DNA of 64,000 nucleotides from a virus (Duplodnaviria > Caudoviricetes). How positions within the stretch are numbered: position 1 is the stretch's first letter; every line of letters begins with the position of its first letter. A model generated the notes under the pieces. The model was not told where the DNA came from, did no database searches, and saw nothing but the letters and a program-made list of their open reading frames with translations. Positions 63,082-64,000 of the stretch are shown piece after piece. Position numbers and translations under genes: made by a program. The stretch is taken from IMG/VR virus record IMGVR_UViG_3300017432_000006, positions 1 to 64,000 of that record; one strand, written 5' to 3'.

Positions 63082-63234
63082 TTAAACCCAATCGCTAACG
63101 GTGCGGGAAACCTTGACGTAGGAATAGTTGCCCATTCCAGCATACTGATTGACGTAGTAATCAGCCTGTGACTCGTCAAGACAAGGAAGAATGCTGTCGC
63201 CATTGATTCGCTTAACGCCCCACTCAGTACGCAT
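63082..63234 (-). CDS. Hypothetical protein (50 aa)
   Basis: Hand translation MRTEWGVKRING...VSRTVSDWV; AAAGAGG RBS. Confidence 0.65.
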   Translation of the reverse strand: MRTEWGVKRINGDSILPCLDESQADYYVNQYAGMGNYSYVKVSRTVSDWV

Positions 63235-63265
63235 GATTCCTCTTTCTGTTGTTGTTCAAGAATGG

Positions 63266-63298
63266 TGGGCAGTTTCTATTCATGCCCAGGAATAGAAA
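63266..63298 (-). ncRNA. Post-stop H-type pseudoknot element, copy 11
   Basis: UUUCUAUUC-CUGGGCAU-GAAUAGAAA-C-UGCCCA. Confidence 0.7.
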
Positions 63299-63478
63299 TC
63301 AGGAATTTCCCATTTCGAAAACCGTCAGCATCACATCCCGAAGAAAGCACTCACGACCGTTAACACCATCATTGGTGAAACGAACATCAACAAACTCACT
63401 GTATCGGTAAACAGCGGTAACGGTACCGTATCCCATGACAACATCACCGATAGTCAGAGACTGTGCATCCTTGAACAT
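63299..63478 (-). CDS. Small beta-barrel-like protein (59 aa), paralog of 60241..60405
   Basis: Hand translation MFKDAQSLTIGDVVMGYGTVTAVYRYSEFVDVRF... Confidence 0.7.
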   Translation of the reverse strand: MFKDAQSLTIGDVVMGYGTVTAVYRYSEFVDVRFTNDGVNGRECFLRDVMLTVFEMGNS

Positions 63479-63549
63479 GATTTCCTTTCCTGGCCGGGTC
63501 CCTCCCTGCCGATGTGATAAACCTATGCCCTGCCCGCTAGGTCTGTCAA
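63479..63549 (-). promoter_or_regulatory. Early promoter-leader cassette G
   Basis: TTGACA-18-TAGGTT ... ATCGGCAGGGAGGGACCCGGCCAGGAAAGGAAATC-ATG. Confidence 0.75.
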
Positions 63550-63654
63550 CCCGAAACCCAAGAAACTTTGTACCAATTTTGTACCAACCAAAAATCCATC
63601 CTACGGGCCGGTAGGCTGAGTGTGTACCTACCTACCGGCCTGTTCCTGGGACCC

Positions 63655-63999
63655 TCAGAGAGCGGCTACAGCGTGCCTAGCGCGTGCCTCATCAATGGGC
63701 AGGGGATAACCCGAGGAAGTACGGGAAAGGAAATCATCGGAACCCTTATCATAAGGCGTCAGCATATCGGCATCAAGAGCAAACAGATATGCCAGGAAGA
63801 ATCCCCAAGAATCATAGGTGGCAGCATAGTCAAGGGAATAGCGGTCAACATTCTTTGCAGTACCGGCATTAACGCGCCTCTTTGAATGGGTCCCGTCACC
63901 GATCAACTTAACGGTAATGCCATTCTTGCGCTTAGTGCTACCGTGCCAATCGAAATCATCAAGAATGACCTTACCGTGCCCGGCATTTCGCGCAGCATA
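63655..63999 (-). CDS. Hypothetical protein (5' end outside the window)
   Basis: Frame open to the window edge; G.STKR.N.I.V.L.GD...RR.NAG...AATYDSWGFFLAYLF..DAD pattern. Confidence 0.65.
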   Translation of the reverse strand, partial: YAARNAGHGKVILDDFDWHGSTKRKNGITVKLIGDGTHSKRRVNAGTAKNVDRYSLDYAATYDSWGFFLAYLFALDADMLTPYDKGSDDFLSRTSSGYPLPIDEARARHAVAAL

Positions 64000-64000
64000 C

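Noticed and set aside
57456-63298. CRISPR array or preQ1-I riboswitches as the explanation for the repeated element
   Set aside because: Copies are dispersed and separated by whole genes, not by uniform spacers, and no cas genes are present. The loop sequence does not match preQ1-I, and the elements sit after stops, including at operon ends.
1-64000. Terminase, integrase/repressor, holin, reverse transcriptase, DNA polymerase
   Set aside because: No ORF with the relevant motifs was recognised; they presumably lie outside this window, if present.

Overview
64 kb of a large tailed-phage (siphovirus-type) genome. The host is probably actinobacterial; this is inferred from the amidase endolysin, tail genes and gene order, which resemble large Streptomyces/Rhodococcus siphoviruses. 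From 48.5 kb leftwards the minus strand carries, in order: fibre-like and glycosyltransferase genes; class Ia ribonucleotide reductase; endolysin; an EndoVII-type endonuclease; a LamG protein; portal, protease/scaffold and major capsid; a ~14.6 kb block of fibre, beta-helix and beta-propeller genes; head-tail connectors; major tail protein; frameshifted tail chaperones; tape measure; tail-tip genes; an HNH/HTH pair; and a truncated metallophosphoesterase. From 49.2 to 57.3 kb is a plus-strand run of small genes including thyX, an MbcA/ParS-like antitoxin domain, a YunG-like protein and a 2H phosphoesterase. From 57.4 to 64 kb is a minus-strand, early-type region built from repeated cassettes. 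Five observations stand out. (1) Eleven copies of a covarying ~30-nt H-type RNA pseudoknot sit 0-10 nt after stop codons, within seven promoter-leader cassettes. (2) The NrdA redox C-terminal CxxC tail is encoded as an unannotated 28-codon ORF, in frame behind the nrdA TGA and with its own RBS. (3) An Ig domain is apparently split between two adjacent fibre genes. (4) A ~480-nt highly structured non-coding region lies at the divergence point of the two arms. (5) A switch-like leader precedes the EndoVII gene. I found no terminase, integrase, tRNA, CRISPR array or reverse transcriptase. All protein calls come from motif recognition by eye, not database searches.
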